A stretch of DNA of 64,000 nucleotides. Source: an uncultured Candidatus Planktophila sp. (lineage in GTDB: Bacteria > Actinomycetota > Actinomycetes > Nanopelagicales > Nanopelagicaceae). Under the pieces are notes generated by a model. It worked only from the letters and a program-made list of their open reading frames with translations, made no database searches and was not told where the DNA came from. Of this stretch, positions 52,019 through 62,327 are shown piece by piece. Within the stretch, counting starts at the first letter, position 1. Each line of letters starts with the position of its first letter. The DNA lies in NCBI GenBank assembly GCA_964497665.1, contig CAZCDF010000001.1, positions 1,957-65,956 on the forward strand. The letters run 5' to 3'. Both the position numbers and the translations under genes were made by a program.

Positions 52019-52381
52019 TCACTCAGCCTTCTTCTTCTTTGAGCGAGCTTTATTCATCTGAGCCGCTGAAAGTAACGCTCCCGCAACCTTCACGGCAGAT
52101 CCATTTTTGTTCATGAAACCTTGGGTTGCTTCGCTGACCTTGTCGCTCATCTCTTCAATGTTTTTGCTGACGCGATTGATGCTATGAAGTGGTCCATTTA
52201 CCAAGCTCACTGTTGTGTGAACCTCATCAATCAATGGGGCGGTCTCATCTGTCAGAACTTTGAGTGAGGCCTTTGCTTCATCGATAAGCCGTCCAATTCG
52301 AATCACTACATACGCGATAGCTATAGCGATAACAGCTAATGAAGATGCTGCGATTATTGTTGCAATTCCACCTGGACCCAT
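52019..52381 (-). CDS. DUF948 family membrane-anchored protein
   Basis: N-terminal TM helix followed by an amphipathic coil; usual position upstream of alaS. Confidence 0.7.
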   Translation of the reverse strand: MGPGGIATIIAASSLAVIAIAIAYVVIRIGRLIDEAKASLKVLTDETAPLIDEVHTTVSLVNGPLHSINRVSKNIEEMSDKVSEATQGFMNKNGSAVKVAGALLSAAQMNKARSKKKKAE

Positions 52382-52402
52382 GTTGTTAGCCTACCCGACC
52401 CA

Positions 52403-54157
52403 TTAACTCTCTTGCGGGTTTTTTGGCTGTGGCACCCAATCTATTCCGCTCTCTTTGCGTTGAGCCGGAGTAATTGGAGTGGGAGCTCCTGTAAGTGGAT
52501 CTCCACCACTTGCCGTCTTTGGAAAGGCGATTACTTCACGAATCGAATCAGAGCCGGTGAGTAGAGCGCATACTCGGTCAAGACCTAACGCGATTCCACC
52601 ATGTGGAGGTGGTCCGTAATTAAAGGCCTCTAGCAGGAAGCCAAACTTGCTTGCCGCTTCTTCATCACTTAATCCGATAACGGAGAAAACATCCTTTTGA
52701 ATATTGCGGTCATGAATACGTATTGATCCGCCACCTAATTCAGTTCCATTAAGAACAATGTCATATGCATAGGCCAAAGCTGATGCTGGATCGGATTTAA
52801 ATGTCGCTGCGAACTCTGGCTTTGGACCGGTAAATGGGTGGTGAACCGCTGTCCAACCGCCACCATCTGTTGGTTCAAACATCGGCGCATCAACAACCCA
52901 CAAAAACTCCCACTTGCCATCTGGAATTAAGTTGCAACGCTTTCCAATTTCTAAACGAACAGCACCAAGTAGGTTCAATGATGCTGAACGCTCCCCCGCT
53001 GCAAAGAAAATCGCATCACCTGGTTTTGCTCCCGCAACACCAACTACACCGGCACTTTCTTTCTCTGAAAGATTTTTAGAGACAGGTCCTCCGAGAGTTC
53101 CATCCTCATTCACGAGAATGTAGGCGAGTCCCTTTGCGCCGCGAGCCTTTGCCCAATCCTGCCAAGCATCAAGCTCACGGCGAGCAGATGATGCTCCACC
53201 AGGCATTACTACCGCACCTACATATGGGGCTTGAAAAACACGGAACTGTGTATCACCAAAGAAGGAGGTCATATCAATTAATTGATTATCGAAGCGAAGA
53301 TCTGGCTTATCGGAACCGTAGTTGCTCATCGCATCTGCATATGTCATACGCTTCAGTGGAAGTGGAATGTCGTAATTGACAGCTTCCTTCCAAACACGAG
53401 CGACAATTTTTTCTGCAACAGCCAAAATATCTTCTTGATCGATAAATGACATTTCAATATCTAACTGCGTAAATTCAGGTTGACGATCCGCCCGGAAATC
53501 CTCATCGCGGAAACAGCGTGCAATCTGATAGTACTTTTCCATTCCAGCGACCATGAGCAGTTGTTTAAATAGCTGAGGTGACTGAGGAAGCGCGTACCAA
53601 GATCCAGGTTGCAAACGAACGGGCACTAAAAAGTCGCGTGCACCTTCTGGTGTAGATCGAGTTAGATACGGTGTTTCGATCTCAAGGAACTTTTCATCCT
53701 CCATCACGCGGCGAATAGTAGATGTCACCTTGGAACGAAGTCTGAGATTCTGCGCTGGTTTTTCGCGACGAAGATCTAGATAGCGGTACCGTAAACGAAC
53801 CTCTTCATTAATATCTGTGTCATCACCACTATCGACTGGGAAGGGCAAAGGCGCCGCTTCTGAGAGAACAACGACGGTATCTCCCATTACCTCGATCTCG
53901 CCGGTTGCGATATTGGAGTTTTGATTTCCATCAGGGCGCGTCACAACCTCACCAGTAATAAGTAAGCACCATTCGGCGCGCAAAGAGCCTGCAACCTTTT
54001 CATCACGGATAACTACCTGGACCGAGCCAGAAGCATCGCGAAGATCAATAAATGCGACGCCACCATGATCTCGACGGCGGGACACCCAGCCAGCCAGAGT
54101 TACTGTCTGTCCTGCGTTTGTCTTACGCAGTGAACCAGCTTCATGAGTACGCAACAT
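52403..54157 (-). CDS. aspS: Aspartate--tRNA ligase (probably non-discriminating)
   Basis: [54 protein letters not shown]; H in RDHGG and G in RPDG fit the ND type. Confidence 0.96.
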   Translation of the reverse strand: MLRTHEAGSLRKTNAGQTVTLAGWVSRRRDHGGVAFIDLRDASGSVQVVIRDEKVAGSLRAEWCLLITGEVVTRPDGNQNSNIATGEIEVMGDTVVVLSEAAPLPFPVDSGDDTDINEEVRLRYRYLDLRREKPAQNLRLRSKVTSTIRRVMEDEKFLEIETPYLTRSTPEGARDFLVPVRLQPGSWYALPQSPQLFKQLLMVAGMEKYYQIARCFRDEDFRADRQPEFTQLDIEMSFIDQEDILAVAEKIVARVWKEAVNYDIPLPLKRMTYADAMSNYGSDKPDLRFDNQLIDMTSFFGDTQFRVFQAPYVGAVVMPGGASSARRELDAWQDWAKARGAKGLAYILVNEDGTLGGPVSKNLSEKESAGVVGVAGAKPGDAIFFAAGERSASLNLLGAVRLEIGKRCNLIPDGKWEFLWVVDAPMFEPTDGGGWTAVHHPFTGPKPEFAATFKSDPASALAYAYDIVLNGTELGGGSIRIHDRNIQKDVFSVIGLSDEEAASKFGFLLEAFNYGPPPHGGIALGLDRVCALLTGSDSIREVIAFPKTASGGDPLTGAPTPITPAQRKESGIDWVPQPKNPQES

Positions 54158-54172
54158 GTATTTTCCCTAATT

Positions 54173-55429
54173 CTACTTTTCGAGTGCTTCGAGCAATGAG
54201 TCAATCTTAACCGAGGTTGAGAGTCCAGATTTCATATCCTTCAACTCAACGGTTCCGCTTGAAATCTCTGACTCTCCTAAAACGATGACATAAGTAGAGC
54301 CGCTCTTATCTGCGCCCTTCATGGCACCTTTGAGAGCTCTATCTCCAAAGGCAATCTCAACTCTTTTACCATTGAGACGAAGATGTGAGGCGATAACCAA
54401 GGCTTGAACCTTTGCCGCCTCGCCAAGTGGAATAACGAAAAGATCTGACACAAAGGCATCGGATCCAATTACACCTTCTGCTTCAGCAGCTAGCAAAGCA
54501 CGATCGACTCCGAGTCCAAAACCAATTCCAGACAATGATTGCCCACCTAGTTGCTCCATAAGTCCGTCGTAACGCCCACCGCCGCCAATGCCAGATTGGG
54601 CTCCAAGAAGTTCATGAACGAACTCAAATGTTGTTCCCGTGTAGTAATCCAAACCACGAACCATTCGAGGGTTCAATACATATGCAATGCCGAGCGCATC
54701 TAAGTACTTGATGACTCGATCGAAATGTTCTTTCGACTCATTGGTGAGGTAGTCAATGAGCAACGGCGCTTTCTCCATCGCCCTCTTCATCTCTTCACGT
54801 TTATCATCAAAAAGTCGCAAAGGGTTAATTGCAGCGCGTGCAGCTGTTGCCTCATCTAAATCCAGAGTGGCTATGAATTTTAAAAGATCAACCCGGTGCG
54901 CAGCACGTGATTGTGCATCACCTAAAGAGGTGATCTCGAGCCGGTACTTGGTTAATCCAAGAGCTTTAAAACCAGCATCTGCGATGGCGATTACCTCTGC
55001 ATCTATTGCAGGATCATCAACACCTATAGCTTCGATTCCAACCTGATAAAACTGGCGATAACGTCCGGCTTGCGGACGCTCAGCTCTAAAGAATTGTCCT
55101 GAATACCAAACCTTTACTGGTAACTGTCCTCTATCTAAACCATGTTCAATAACTGAGCGCATCACACCAGCGGTACCTTCGGGACGCAGCGTTATTGATC
55201 TTCCACCTCTATCTTCAAAGGTGTACATCTCTTTTGACACAACATCTGTTGATTCACCAACACCGCGTTTAAAGAGCTCGGTATCTTCAAAAACTGGAAG
55301 TTCAATTAACTGGTAGCCAGCTCTGCTTGCAGGTTCGATTAATGCATCACGAACATATTCAAATGCACTGGAACGAGGTGGTATGTACTCACTAACACCT
55401 TTTGGTGCCGAGATCTTTTGCTGAGCCAT
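54173..55429 (-). CDS. hisS: Histidine--tRNA ligase
   Basis: [38 protein letters not shown]. Confidence 0.97.
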   Translation of the reverse strand: MAQQKISAPKGVSEYIPPRSSAFEYVRDALIEPASRAGYQLIELPVFEDTELFKRGVGESTDVVSKEMYTFEDRGGRSITLRPEGTAGVMRSVIEHGLDRGQLPVKVWYSGQFFRAERPQAGRYRQFYQVGIEAIGVDDPAIDAEVIAIADAGFKALGLTKYRLEITSLGDAQSRAAHRVDLLKFIATLDLDEATAARAAINPLRLFDDKREEMKRAMEKAPLLIDYLTNESKEHFDRVIKYLDALGIAYVLNPRMVRGLDYYTGTTFEFVHELLGAQSGIGGGGRYDGLMEQLGGQSLSGIGFGLGVDRALLAAEAEGVIGSDAFVSDLFVIPLGEAAKVQALVIASHLRLNGKRVEIAFGDRALKGAMKGADKSGSTYVIVLGESEISSGTVELKDMKSGLSTSVKIDSLLEALEK

Positions 55430-56091
55430 TAGTAACGACCTACCAAACTCTTGAGATAAGGATTGTTCTTCTTTTCATAGGACATCGTTGTTTCGGGGCC
55501 ATGACCCGGCAGGACCCTGAGATGATCGGACAATGGCACCACTTTCTTTCGCAAGGTCTCTTCCATCTCCTTTGCTGAACCTGTTGGTAAATCTGTTCTT
55601 CCTATAGAACCAGCAAAGAGCACATCGCCGCTGAGTAATACCTCATCGTCGATCTGAAACATCAAAGATCCTCGCGTGTGGCCTGGAGCGTGAATTGCCT
55701 TGAAAGAAAGACCGACCAAATTGATGATCTCTCCATTTTTAAGTTCCAACACTTGAGTGGGCTCAATGAAATTCATATCGGCTACTGTTGAAGAAAATTC
55801 AGCGCTGAGCAACTTTTCAGGGGCGGTTAGATATGCACGATCCTCGCTATGAATATATGCAGGAATCGAGTATCCATCAGCTATGGGCTGTATCGAAAAG
55901 GTGTGATCGAGATGTCCATGGGTAGCGATAATTGCCACCGGTTTGAGATTGTGCCGGGAAAGTACTGCCTCTAATTGCGCTGAGACATCAGGCATACCCG
56001 GATCGACAATGATGCACTCGCTGTCCCGCCCTGAAGCCAGCACCCAGCAGTTGGTGGCAAACATCGGGGCGGCAAAGGAGTCAATCAGCAC
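55429..56091 (-). CDS. MBL-fold metallohydrolase (glyoxalase II/YcbL-like)
   Basis: THGHLDH, APGHT.GS, SGD.LF.GSIGRTD, PGHG; GTG 56091 with AGAGGGGG SD. Confidence 0.9.
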   Translation of the reverse strand: MLIDSFAAPMFATNCWVLASGRDSECIIVDPGMPDVSAQLEAVLSRHNLKPVAIIATHGHLDHTFSIQPIADGYSIPAYIHSEDRAYLTAPEKLLSAEFSSTVADMNFIEPTQVLELKNGEIINLVGLSFKAIHAPGHTRGSLMFQIDDEVLLSGDVLFAGSIGRTDLPTGSAKEMEETLRKKVVPLSDHLRVLPGHGPETTMSYEKKNNPYLKSLVGRY

Positions 56092-56271
56092 AACTAGACC
56101 CCCTCTTGCACGCTCAATTGAGGCTCGATTGACGGTCGAACCATGAGACAGGGTACCTTTTGACCTACTAATCCACACTCGACCCACGCTTAGAGGGCTC
56201 AAATCTTCTAGGCATCGCACTCACATATAGCGAGCCTTTAAAAAAGGTAACGCGCTGAAAGGATCACTCTC

Positions 56272-57570
56272 ATGACAGATATGAATTTCCCGCAACAGGC
56301 AAGCGCTGCAACTGCGTTGATCGGAGATCCTTCAGCATTTGGTCGAGTAGCAGAAGATGGAACGGTCTTTGTTCGAACACCTCACGGTGAAAAAGCGGTT
56401 GGCTCATATCCAGGCAAGAGTGCAGAAGAGGCACTGGCCTACTTTGTCCGTAAGTTTGAGGTGCTAGCAGCTGAGGTTGCGCTATTGGCCGCTCGCATCA
56501 AGAGCGGAGCAATGGTTCCATCTGATGCATATGCCGCGGTAAAAAAATTGCGCGAACAGGTAAAAGAGTTAAATGGTGTTGGAGATTTGGAGGCGTTAGC
56601 CGCATCAGTTGAGCAGATTGAGCCATTAATTGAAGGACATCGCGAGGCGTATGAGGCAAAGAAGGCTGCAGAAAGTGCAGCAAAGGCGGCACGTCGTGAG
56701 CAGATTCTCGTCGAAAAGGAAAAAATTGTTGCTGAAGCAGAGTCACTTGCACTTTCTGAAAGTTGGAAAGCAACAGGAGATCGCTTAAAGGTTTTGCTCG
56801 ATGAGTGGAAGGCCGCTCCACGTCTAGAAAAAAAGACTGATGCTGATCTGTGGAAACGCTTCTCCTCATCACGCAACAAATTTGATAAGCGCCGTCGCAC
56901 ACACTTTGCTTCCCTTGAAGCCACGCAATCAGTAGTGGCTGAGGCCAAGAAGAAGATTGTTGAAGAGGCTGAAAAGCTGGCAACATCAACTGAATGGGTT
57001 GCAACCGCTAAGCGATTCAAAGTTCTTATGGATCAATGGAAGGCTGCTGGTCGCGGCAAGAAAAATGATGATGCAAAACTATGGGCTCGCTTTAAGGCAG
57101 CCCAAGATCAATTCTTTACTGCAAAGAATGCTGACCTTGAAAAGCGTGATGTAACTATGGCGGCCAACCTTGCCAAGCGCGAAGAGTTACTGCCATTGAT
57201 CGAGGCGCTCCTTCCAATCTCTGATGTTAAGCAGGCTCGCAAATCCTTAAATGAGTATCTACGCTCGTGGGAGAAGATTGGTATGACCCACCGTGATAAG
57301 CGCGCATCTTTGGATGCACGAGTTGCTGCGGTTGAGAGTGCGATCAAAGAGGCTGAAGCTGAGATCTGGCGCAAAACAGATCCTGCTGCCAAGAAGCGTG
57401 CGCAAGAGGTTGTTGCACAACTGACAGAATCTATTGCAAACTACGAAAAAGCTGCGGCGAAGTTTGCAGCAAGTGGTAACGATAAGAAGGCAAAAGAAGC
57501 CGCTGAATCTGCTACCGCTCGTAAGGTTTGGCTTGCTGAAGCTGAAAAGGGCCTCGCAGAGTTTAACTAA
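56272..57570 (+). CDS. DUF349 repeat protein
   Basis: FGRV.EDGTV.V N-terminus and three helical repeats of the form K......E..W......L...WK......LW.RF; synteny with rel. Confidence 0.85.
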   Translation: MTDMNFPQQASAATALIGDPSAFGRVAEDGTVFVRTPHGEKAVGSYPGKSAEEALAYFVRKFEVLAAEVALLAARIKSGAMVPSDAYAAVKKLREQVKELNGVGDLEALAASVEQIEPLIEGHREAYEAKKAAESAAKAARREQILVEKEKIVAEAESLALSESWKATGDRLKVLLDEWKAAPRLEKKTDADLWKRFSSSRNKFDKRRRTHFASLEATQSVVAEAKKKIVEEAEKLATSTEWVATAKRFKVLMDQWKAAGRGKKNDDAKLWARFKAAQDQFFTAKNADLEKRDVTMAANLAKREELLPLIEALLPISDVKQARKSLNEYLRSWEKIGMTHRDKRASLDARVAAVESAIKEAEAEIWRKTDPAAKKRAQEVVAQLTESIANYEKAAAKFAASGNDKKAKEAAESATARKVWLAEAEKGLAEFN

Positions 57571-57573
57571 CTC

Positions 57574-59736
57574 TTAATTGTTAGTTGTTCTGTAAACATC
57601 GTAAACACCTTCGATACTTCGTACCGCTGCAAGAACGGCGTCGAGGTGTGTGGCATCTGCCATTTCAAAGGTAAAGCGAGAAAATGCGGTTCGATCTTTT
57701 GAGGTACTAACCGCTGCACTCAAGATATTTACATGTTGTTCAGACAAAGTTCGGGTGACATCAGCCAACAAGGAAGCACGATCTAAAGCTTCAACCTGAA
57801 TATTTACTAAGAAAATTGAAGCCGCACCGGTGCGCCATTTCACCTGAACTACTCGATCTGACTGATGCTTTTGTAGATCCGATGCGTTGGTGCAATCGGA
57901 GCGATGGATTGATACGCCACTGCCCTTTGTAATAAAGCCCATGATTGCATCCCCTGGAACTGGTGTACAACAACGGGCCAGCTTTACAAGGACATCATCA
58001 GTACCTTCAACATCAACCGCATTACTTGATCGCCTTGTGGTTGGTGCCCGATTTGGCAGAACCTCCATGGTTGGTTCTGGATGAGAATCTTCTGCTCCCA
58101 TTGCTGCAACCAATTTATCGATAACCGATGCAGCAGATACATGCCCATCCCCTACAGCTGAATACAGGCCATCAATATCTGAGTAGCGAAGATCATGGGC
58201 TAATTCAAGAAGTGAGTGACCTGCGAAGATCTTTTGAAGTGGAAGGCCTGCCTTGCGCATCTGACGTGCGATCGATTCACGACCAGCATCGATCGCCTCT
58301 TCGCGACGCTCCTTGCTGAACCAAGCTTTAATCTTTGACCGAGCGCGTGGACTCTTTACAAAGTTGAGCCAGTCTCTACTTGGTCCTGCAGATTCGCTTT
58401 TGTTAGTCACGATCTCGACCACATCACCGTTGTTGAGGCGAGACTCGAGCGGCACAAGTCTTCCATTCACCTTTGCTCCTGCACATCGCAAACCAACATC
58501 GGTATGAACAGAGAATGCAAAGTCGACAGGTGTTGATCCGCCAGGTAAGGCAACGACGCTGCCTTTAGGTGTAAATACAAATACCTCTGGAGAGCCTAAA
58601 TCAAAGCGAAGTGCTTCAAGAAACTCGGAAGGATCTTCAGTTTCCTTCTGCCATTCATGTAATTGACGCAACCAGAGCATTTCCGGTGAGGTATCAGTAT
58701 TTTCCGGTCCTTGCTTGTACTTCCAGTGTGCAGCGATACCGAACTCTGCTCTTGCATGCATGTCATAGGTGCGAATCTGTATCTCGATCGCCTTGCCATT
58801 AGGGCCAATAACAGTTGTGTGTAACGATTGATAAAGGTTGAACTTAGGCATCGCGATGTAATCTTTAAAACGACCTGGAACCGGACTCCACCGTGCATGG
58901 ATTGACCCCAGTACCGCATAACAATCACGAACATCATTTACAAGTACTCGGATACCCACGAGATCGTAAATATCTTTGAACTCTCGTCCACGTACAACCA
59001 TCTTTTGATAAACGGAGAAAAAATGCTTCTTGCGACCGGTAACAGTTGATTCGATATTATCTCTGGCTAGATCTTCCTTAACTGAGGCGATGACCTCTTC
59101 AGTCAACTTATCTCGCGATGGAGATCGTTCTGCCACTAGGCGTGAAATCTCTTCAAACTTCTTAGGCTCCAACACTTCAAAGGAGAGATCCTCCAGCTCC
59201 CACTTGATTGCGTTCATACCCAAACGGTGTGCCAATGGTGCGTAAATATCTAGCGTCTCTCGTGCTTTGCGAGTTGCACTTTCTGGTGAAACATATTTCC
59301 AAGTTCGGGCGTTATGCAGACGATCTGCCAGTTTGATAACAAGTACTCGAATATCGCGAGACATAGCAATAACCATCTTGCGGACGGTTTCAGCCTCTGC
59401 CGTTGGCCCATAGGTAAGTTTGTCTAACTTGGTAACACCGTCGACAAGGTTTGCAATTTCATCGCCAAAATCAACACGAAGTTGAGTAAGTGAGTACTGA
59501 GTATCTTCAACGGTGTCATGCAGAAGAGCAGCGATAATAGTTGCGGGATTCAATCCCAAATGAGCCAGAATCTCTGCGACAGCAACAGGATGAGTTATGT
59601 ACGGCTCACCTGATTTACGCAACTGTCCTTCATGGGCATTGCGTGCTACCTCAAAAGCACGCGCGACCTCATCGCCATCTACCGAGGCATGGTTTTCTTT
59701 GAGAGCACTAATTACTGGTGCTATCAAAGTATCCAC
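57574..59736 (-). CDS. relA: Bifunctional (p)ppGpp synthetase/hydrolase
   Basis: RKSGEPYITHP, LLHDTVED (HD), KLADRLHN, RFKD, YQSLHT, EIQIRT, TGS domain, CC.P, ACT domain. Confidence 0.96.
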   Translation of the reverse strand: MDTLIAPVISALKENHASVDGDEVARAFEVARNAHEGQLRKSGEPYITHPVAVAEILAHLGLNPATIIAALLHDTVEDTQYSLTQLRVDFGDEIANLVDGVTKLDKLTYGPTAEAETVRKMVIAMSRDIRVLVIKLADRLHNARTWKYVSPESATRKARETLDIYAPLAHRLGMNAIKWELEDLSFEVLEPKKFEEISRLVAERSPSRDKLTEEVIASVKEDLARDNIESTVTGRKKHFFSVYQKMVVRGREFKDIYDLVGIRVLVNDVRDCYAVLGSIHARWSPVPGRFKDYIAMPKFNLYQSLHTTVIGPNGKAIEIQIRTYDMHARAEFGIAAHWKYKQGPENTDTSPEMLWLRQLHEWQKETEDPSEFLEALRFDLGSPEVFVFTPKGSVVALPGGSTPVDFAFSVHTDVGLRCAGAKVNGRLVPLESRLNNGDVVEIVTNKSESAGPSRDWLNFVKSPRARSKIKAWFSKERREEAIDAGRESIARQMRKAGLPLQKIFAGHSLLELAHDLRYSDIDGLYSAVGDGHVSAASVIDKLVAAMGAEDSHPEPTMEVLPNRAPTTRRSSNAVDVEGTDDVLVKLARCCTPVPGDAIMGFITKGSGVSIHRSDCTNASDLQKHQSDRVVQVKWRTGAASIFLVNIQVEALDRASLLADVTRTLSEQHVNILSAAVSTSKDRTAFSRFTFEMADATHLDAVLAAVRSIEGVYDVYRTTNN

Positions 59737-59744
59737 AAAAGACC

Positions 59745-60803
59745 TTACTTACGACCTTTACGCTTTGGTTGATTGCGTGGACCACGTCCATTTACAGCTG
59801 CTACTGATGCAACAGGTGTTCCAGTGTTGGCTGTTGATGAAGAGCCACGAGCCTCTACTCGCTTTGCTAACGCCTGCATCGCTGGCTCCTTCTCGCGAAG
59901 TTGAGCCAAGAAAGCTGGAGCGATGAAGAGAGAGGAGTAAGTGCCAACAATCAAGCCAATGAACAAGGAGAGAGATAGATCCTTGAGCGTTCCTGCACCA
60001 AGTAGTCCAGCTCCCACAAAGAGAATTGCTGCAACAGGAAGGATTGCCACGATCGAGGTATTTGCTGAGCGAACGATTGTTTGATTTACAGCGAGGTTGA
60101 CCGCTTGGGAGTAGGTCTTGGTAGAAACCGCTGAAATCGACTTGGTGTTATCTCGAACTCGATCAAACACCACAACCGTGTCATAAAGGGAGTAACCAAG
60201 AATGGTTAAGAAACCAATAATGGTAGCGGGTGTGACATCAAAACCTACAAGTGCGTAAATACCGACTGTAATGAAGACGTCATGGACAACAGCCACGATC
60301 GCAGAGATGGCCATTTTTGGCTCAAGTGCCATCGCCAAATAAAGCATGACAACTAATAAGAAGCCAAACAATCCATACAGTGCTTTGCGAGTAATCTCTT
60401 TACCCCATGATGGACCAATAATTTGTGTGTCAATGCTCGTTAAACTCACTGAAAACTTCGCGGCTAGTGCATCCTGAATCGCATTGTTCTGTGCTTGTTC
60501 GAGCGCCTGAGTTTGAACTCGGACCTTGTCACTTCCCACAAGTTGAACAACTGGATCACTTGTAACACCAGCTTCAGCCACAGCCTCTCGTGCTTGAGCA
60601 ACAGAAGGGTTTGGAGTGTTTACGGTAAAGGAGGATCCACCCTTGAATTCGATACCAAGGGTTAAGCCCTGAATAGCTAGCGCTCCGATTGATAAGAGAA
60701 CGAAGAAACCAGAAAGACCGTACCAAAGGCGACGGTTGCCAATGAAGTTGATTGATGTCTCTCCACGATAGAGACGACCACCTAAACCTGAAAACTTTGA
60801 CAC
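59745..60803 (-). CDS. secF: Protein translocase subunit SecF
   Basis: GIEFKGG, IGPSWG, HD, LTILGYSLYDTVVVFDRVR, G.YSS; GTG 60803 with GGAGG SD. Confidence 0.93.
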   Translation of the reverse strand: MSKFSGLGGRLYRGETSINFIGNRRLWYGLSGFFVLLSIGALAIQGLTLGIEFKGGSSFTVNTPNPSVAQAREAVAEAGVTSDPVVQLVGSDKVRVQTQALEQAQNNAIQDALAAKFSVSLTSIDTQIIGPSWGKEITRKALYGLFGFLLVVMLYLAMALEPKMAISAIVAVVHDVFITVGIYALVGFDVTPATIIGFLTILGYSLYDTVVVFDRVRDNTKSISAVSTKTYSQAVNLAVNQTIVRSANTSIVAILPVAAILFVGAGLLGAGTLKDLSLSLFIGLIVGTYSSLFIAPAFLAQLREKEPAMQALAKRVEARGSSSTANTGTPVASVAAVNGRGPRNQPKRKGRK

Positions 60804-60804
60804 T

Positions 60805-62316
60805 TTATGCCTCCTTCGCAACGACTAGACCCAGACTCTTAGGCGAGAAGCCTGAGAGAGGATGACCTGAGTTAAAGAACTTGCTTCGAGAAACTAAGAC
60901 AAGTGCTGGCTTGGTAAATAGGAAGATGATGACTAAGTCGATAAGTGTTGTAAGACCGAGCGTGAACGCAAATCCTCGAACACCACCAACAGAGAAGACA
61001 TAGAGAAGCACCGCTGCGATCAACGAAACGAAGTCGGCGATCAAAATTGTACGACGTGCACGAACCCATCCAGTCTCGGCAGCGGTTCGTAATGATCTGC
61101 CTTCTCGCATCTCATCCTTTACACGTTCAAAGTAAACGATAAAGGAGTCGGCGGTAACACCGATTGCAGTAATCGCGCCCGCAATTCCAGCCAAAGTGAG
61201 TGTAAATCCGATCCATTGACCCATGAGCAAGATCAGCGCGTAGAGCATGATTGCTGCAACGCCTAAAGAGGCCACGGTAACAAAACCTAATGCGCGGTAA
61301 TACAGCAGGGTGAAAATTACTACCAAGAGCATTCCCAGACCTGCAGCCAATACACCAGCTCTTAGCTGATCTGCACCAAGTGTTGGTGAAACCTGTTGAA
61401 CTTCTCCGCGATCAAATGCAAGAGGAAGTGCTCCGTACTTCAAAACATTTGCTAAATCCTGAGCTTCAAGCTGAGTGAAGCTTCCTGTGATTTGTGCATT
61501 ACCTGAAGGAATAGCCTCAGTAATTCTCGGTGATGAAACAACTAAACCATCAAGAACGATTGCAACCTGATTTGTAGGTTCTGGAAGAGATGTAACTCTT
61601 GAAGTTAATGCGCCAAAGGCTGCGGTTCCTTCATTGTCAAAGGTAAGACTTACAAACCATGAGCTTCCCGCTTGAGGATCAAGTCCCGCTGATGCCTTTG
61701 AAATCTGTCGTCCCAAAACTTCTGCTGGAGCAAGAATGTACTTTGTGCCACCTGCACGGTCGCAGGTGACCAAGGTTTCAGTTGGCAGATCTGTCGATGT
61801 TCCTTGAAGATTTTCCGGCTTGGTGCAATCAAGAGCGGCAAACTTTGCATTCGCTTCTGCACTTACACCTGCTGCAGGAGTTGCTCCCGCATCACCTGCT
61901 GCAGGAACTCCAGAACCAGATGCAAGCACCTGACGGAAACGAAGTTCGGCTGTCTGTCCAACTAAATCAACAACGCGTCGACCGGTATCTCCTGGTACAG
62001 AGATTACGATTTGGCGATTAGTACCGCTACCTTGCGCAGTGACCTCTGATTCAACAACACCGAGTGAATCAACACGTTGGCGAATAATGGAAACCGCCTG
62101 ATCGATAGCCTCGCTCGTAACACTTCCCTCTTGACCAGGTGCAATACGAGGTTGCAGAGTGACCGAAGTTCCGCCACGTAGATCTAGACCTAGCTGCAGA
62201 CTCTTGGAATCTTGAAGGAAAACTAGACCCACCATCGATACGAGGATGAGAGCCAGAATTGCCAAGGTTCGTCCAGGACGTGAGCTGGTCTTTATTGGTT
62301 TTGTTGTTGTAGACAT
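60805..62316 (-). CDS. secD: Protein translocase subunit SecD
   Basis: LGLDLRGG, RVD.LGV.E, AIVLDG, A..L.YGALP, LAGIAG....IG..AD.....ER. Confidence 0.94.
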   Translation of the reverse strand: MSTTTKPIKTSSRPGRTLAILALILVSMVGLVFLQDSKSLQLGLDLRGGTSVTLQPRIAPGQEGSVTSEAIDQAVSIIRQRVDSLGVVESEVTAQGSGTNRQIVISVPGDTGRRVVDLVGQTAELRFRQVLASGSGVPAAGDAGATPAAGVSAEANAKFAALDCTKPENLQGTSTDLPTETLVTCDRAGGTKYILAPAEVLGRQISKASAGLDPQAGSSWFVSLTFDNEGTAAFGALTSRVTSLPEPTNQVAIVLDGLVVSSPRITEAIPSGNAQITGSFTQLEAQDLANVLKYGALPLAFDRGEVQQVSPTLGADQLRAGVLAAGLGMLLVVIFTLLYYRALGFVTVASLGVAAIMLYALILLMGQWIGFTLTLAGIAGAITAIGVTADSFIVYFERVKDEMREGRSLRTAAETGWVRARRTILIADFVSLIAAVLLYVFSVGGVRGFAFTLGLTTLIDLVIIFLFTKPALVLVSRSKFFNSGHPLSGFSPKSLGLVVAKEA

Positions 62317-62327
62317 AGGCGCAGAGT

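Noticed and set aside
56439-57020. 193-aa and 168-aa antisense ORFs inside DUF349, and many 60-125-aa antisense ORFs elsewhere
   Set aside because: Shadow frames of biased-codon genes, with no recognisable motifs or initiation signals
59730-59738. One-mismatch DnaA-box-like GTATCCACA at the rel start
   Set aside because: Explained by the GTG-GAT-AC start codons; one-mismatch hits are frequent by chance
61866-61906. 14-bp direct repeat CACCTGCTGCAGGA in secD
   Set aside because: Encodes a repeated PAAG in a low-complexity linker; two copies, not an array
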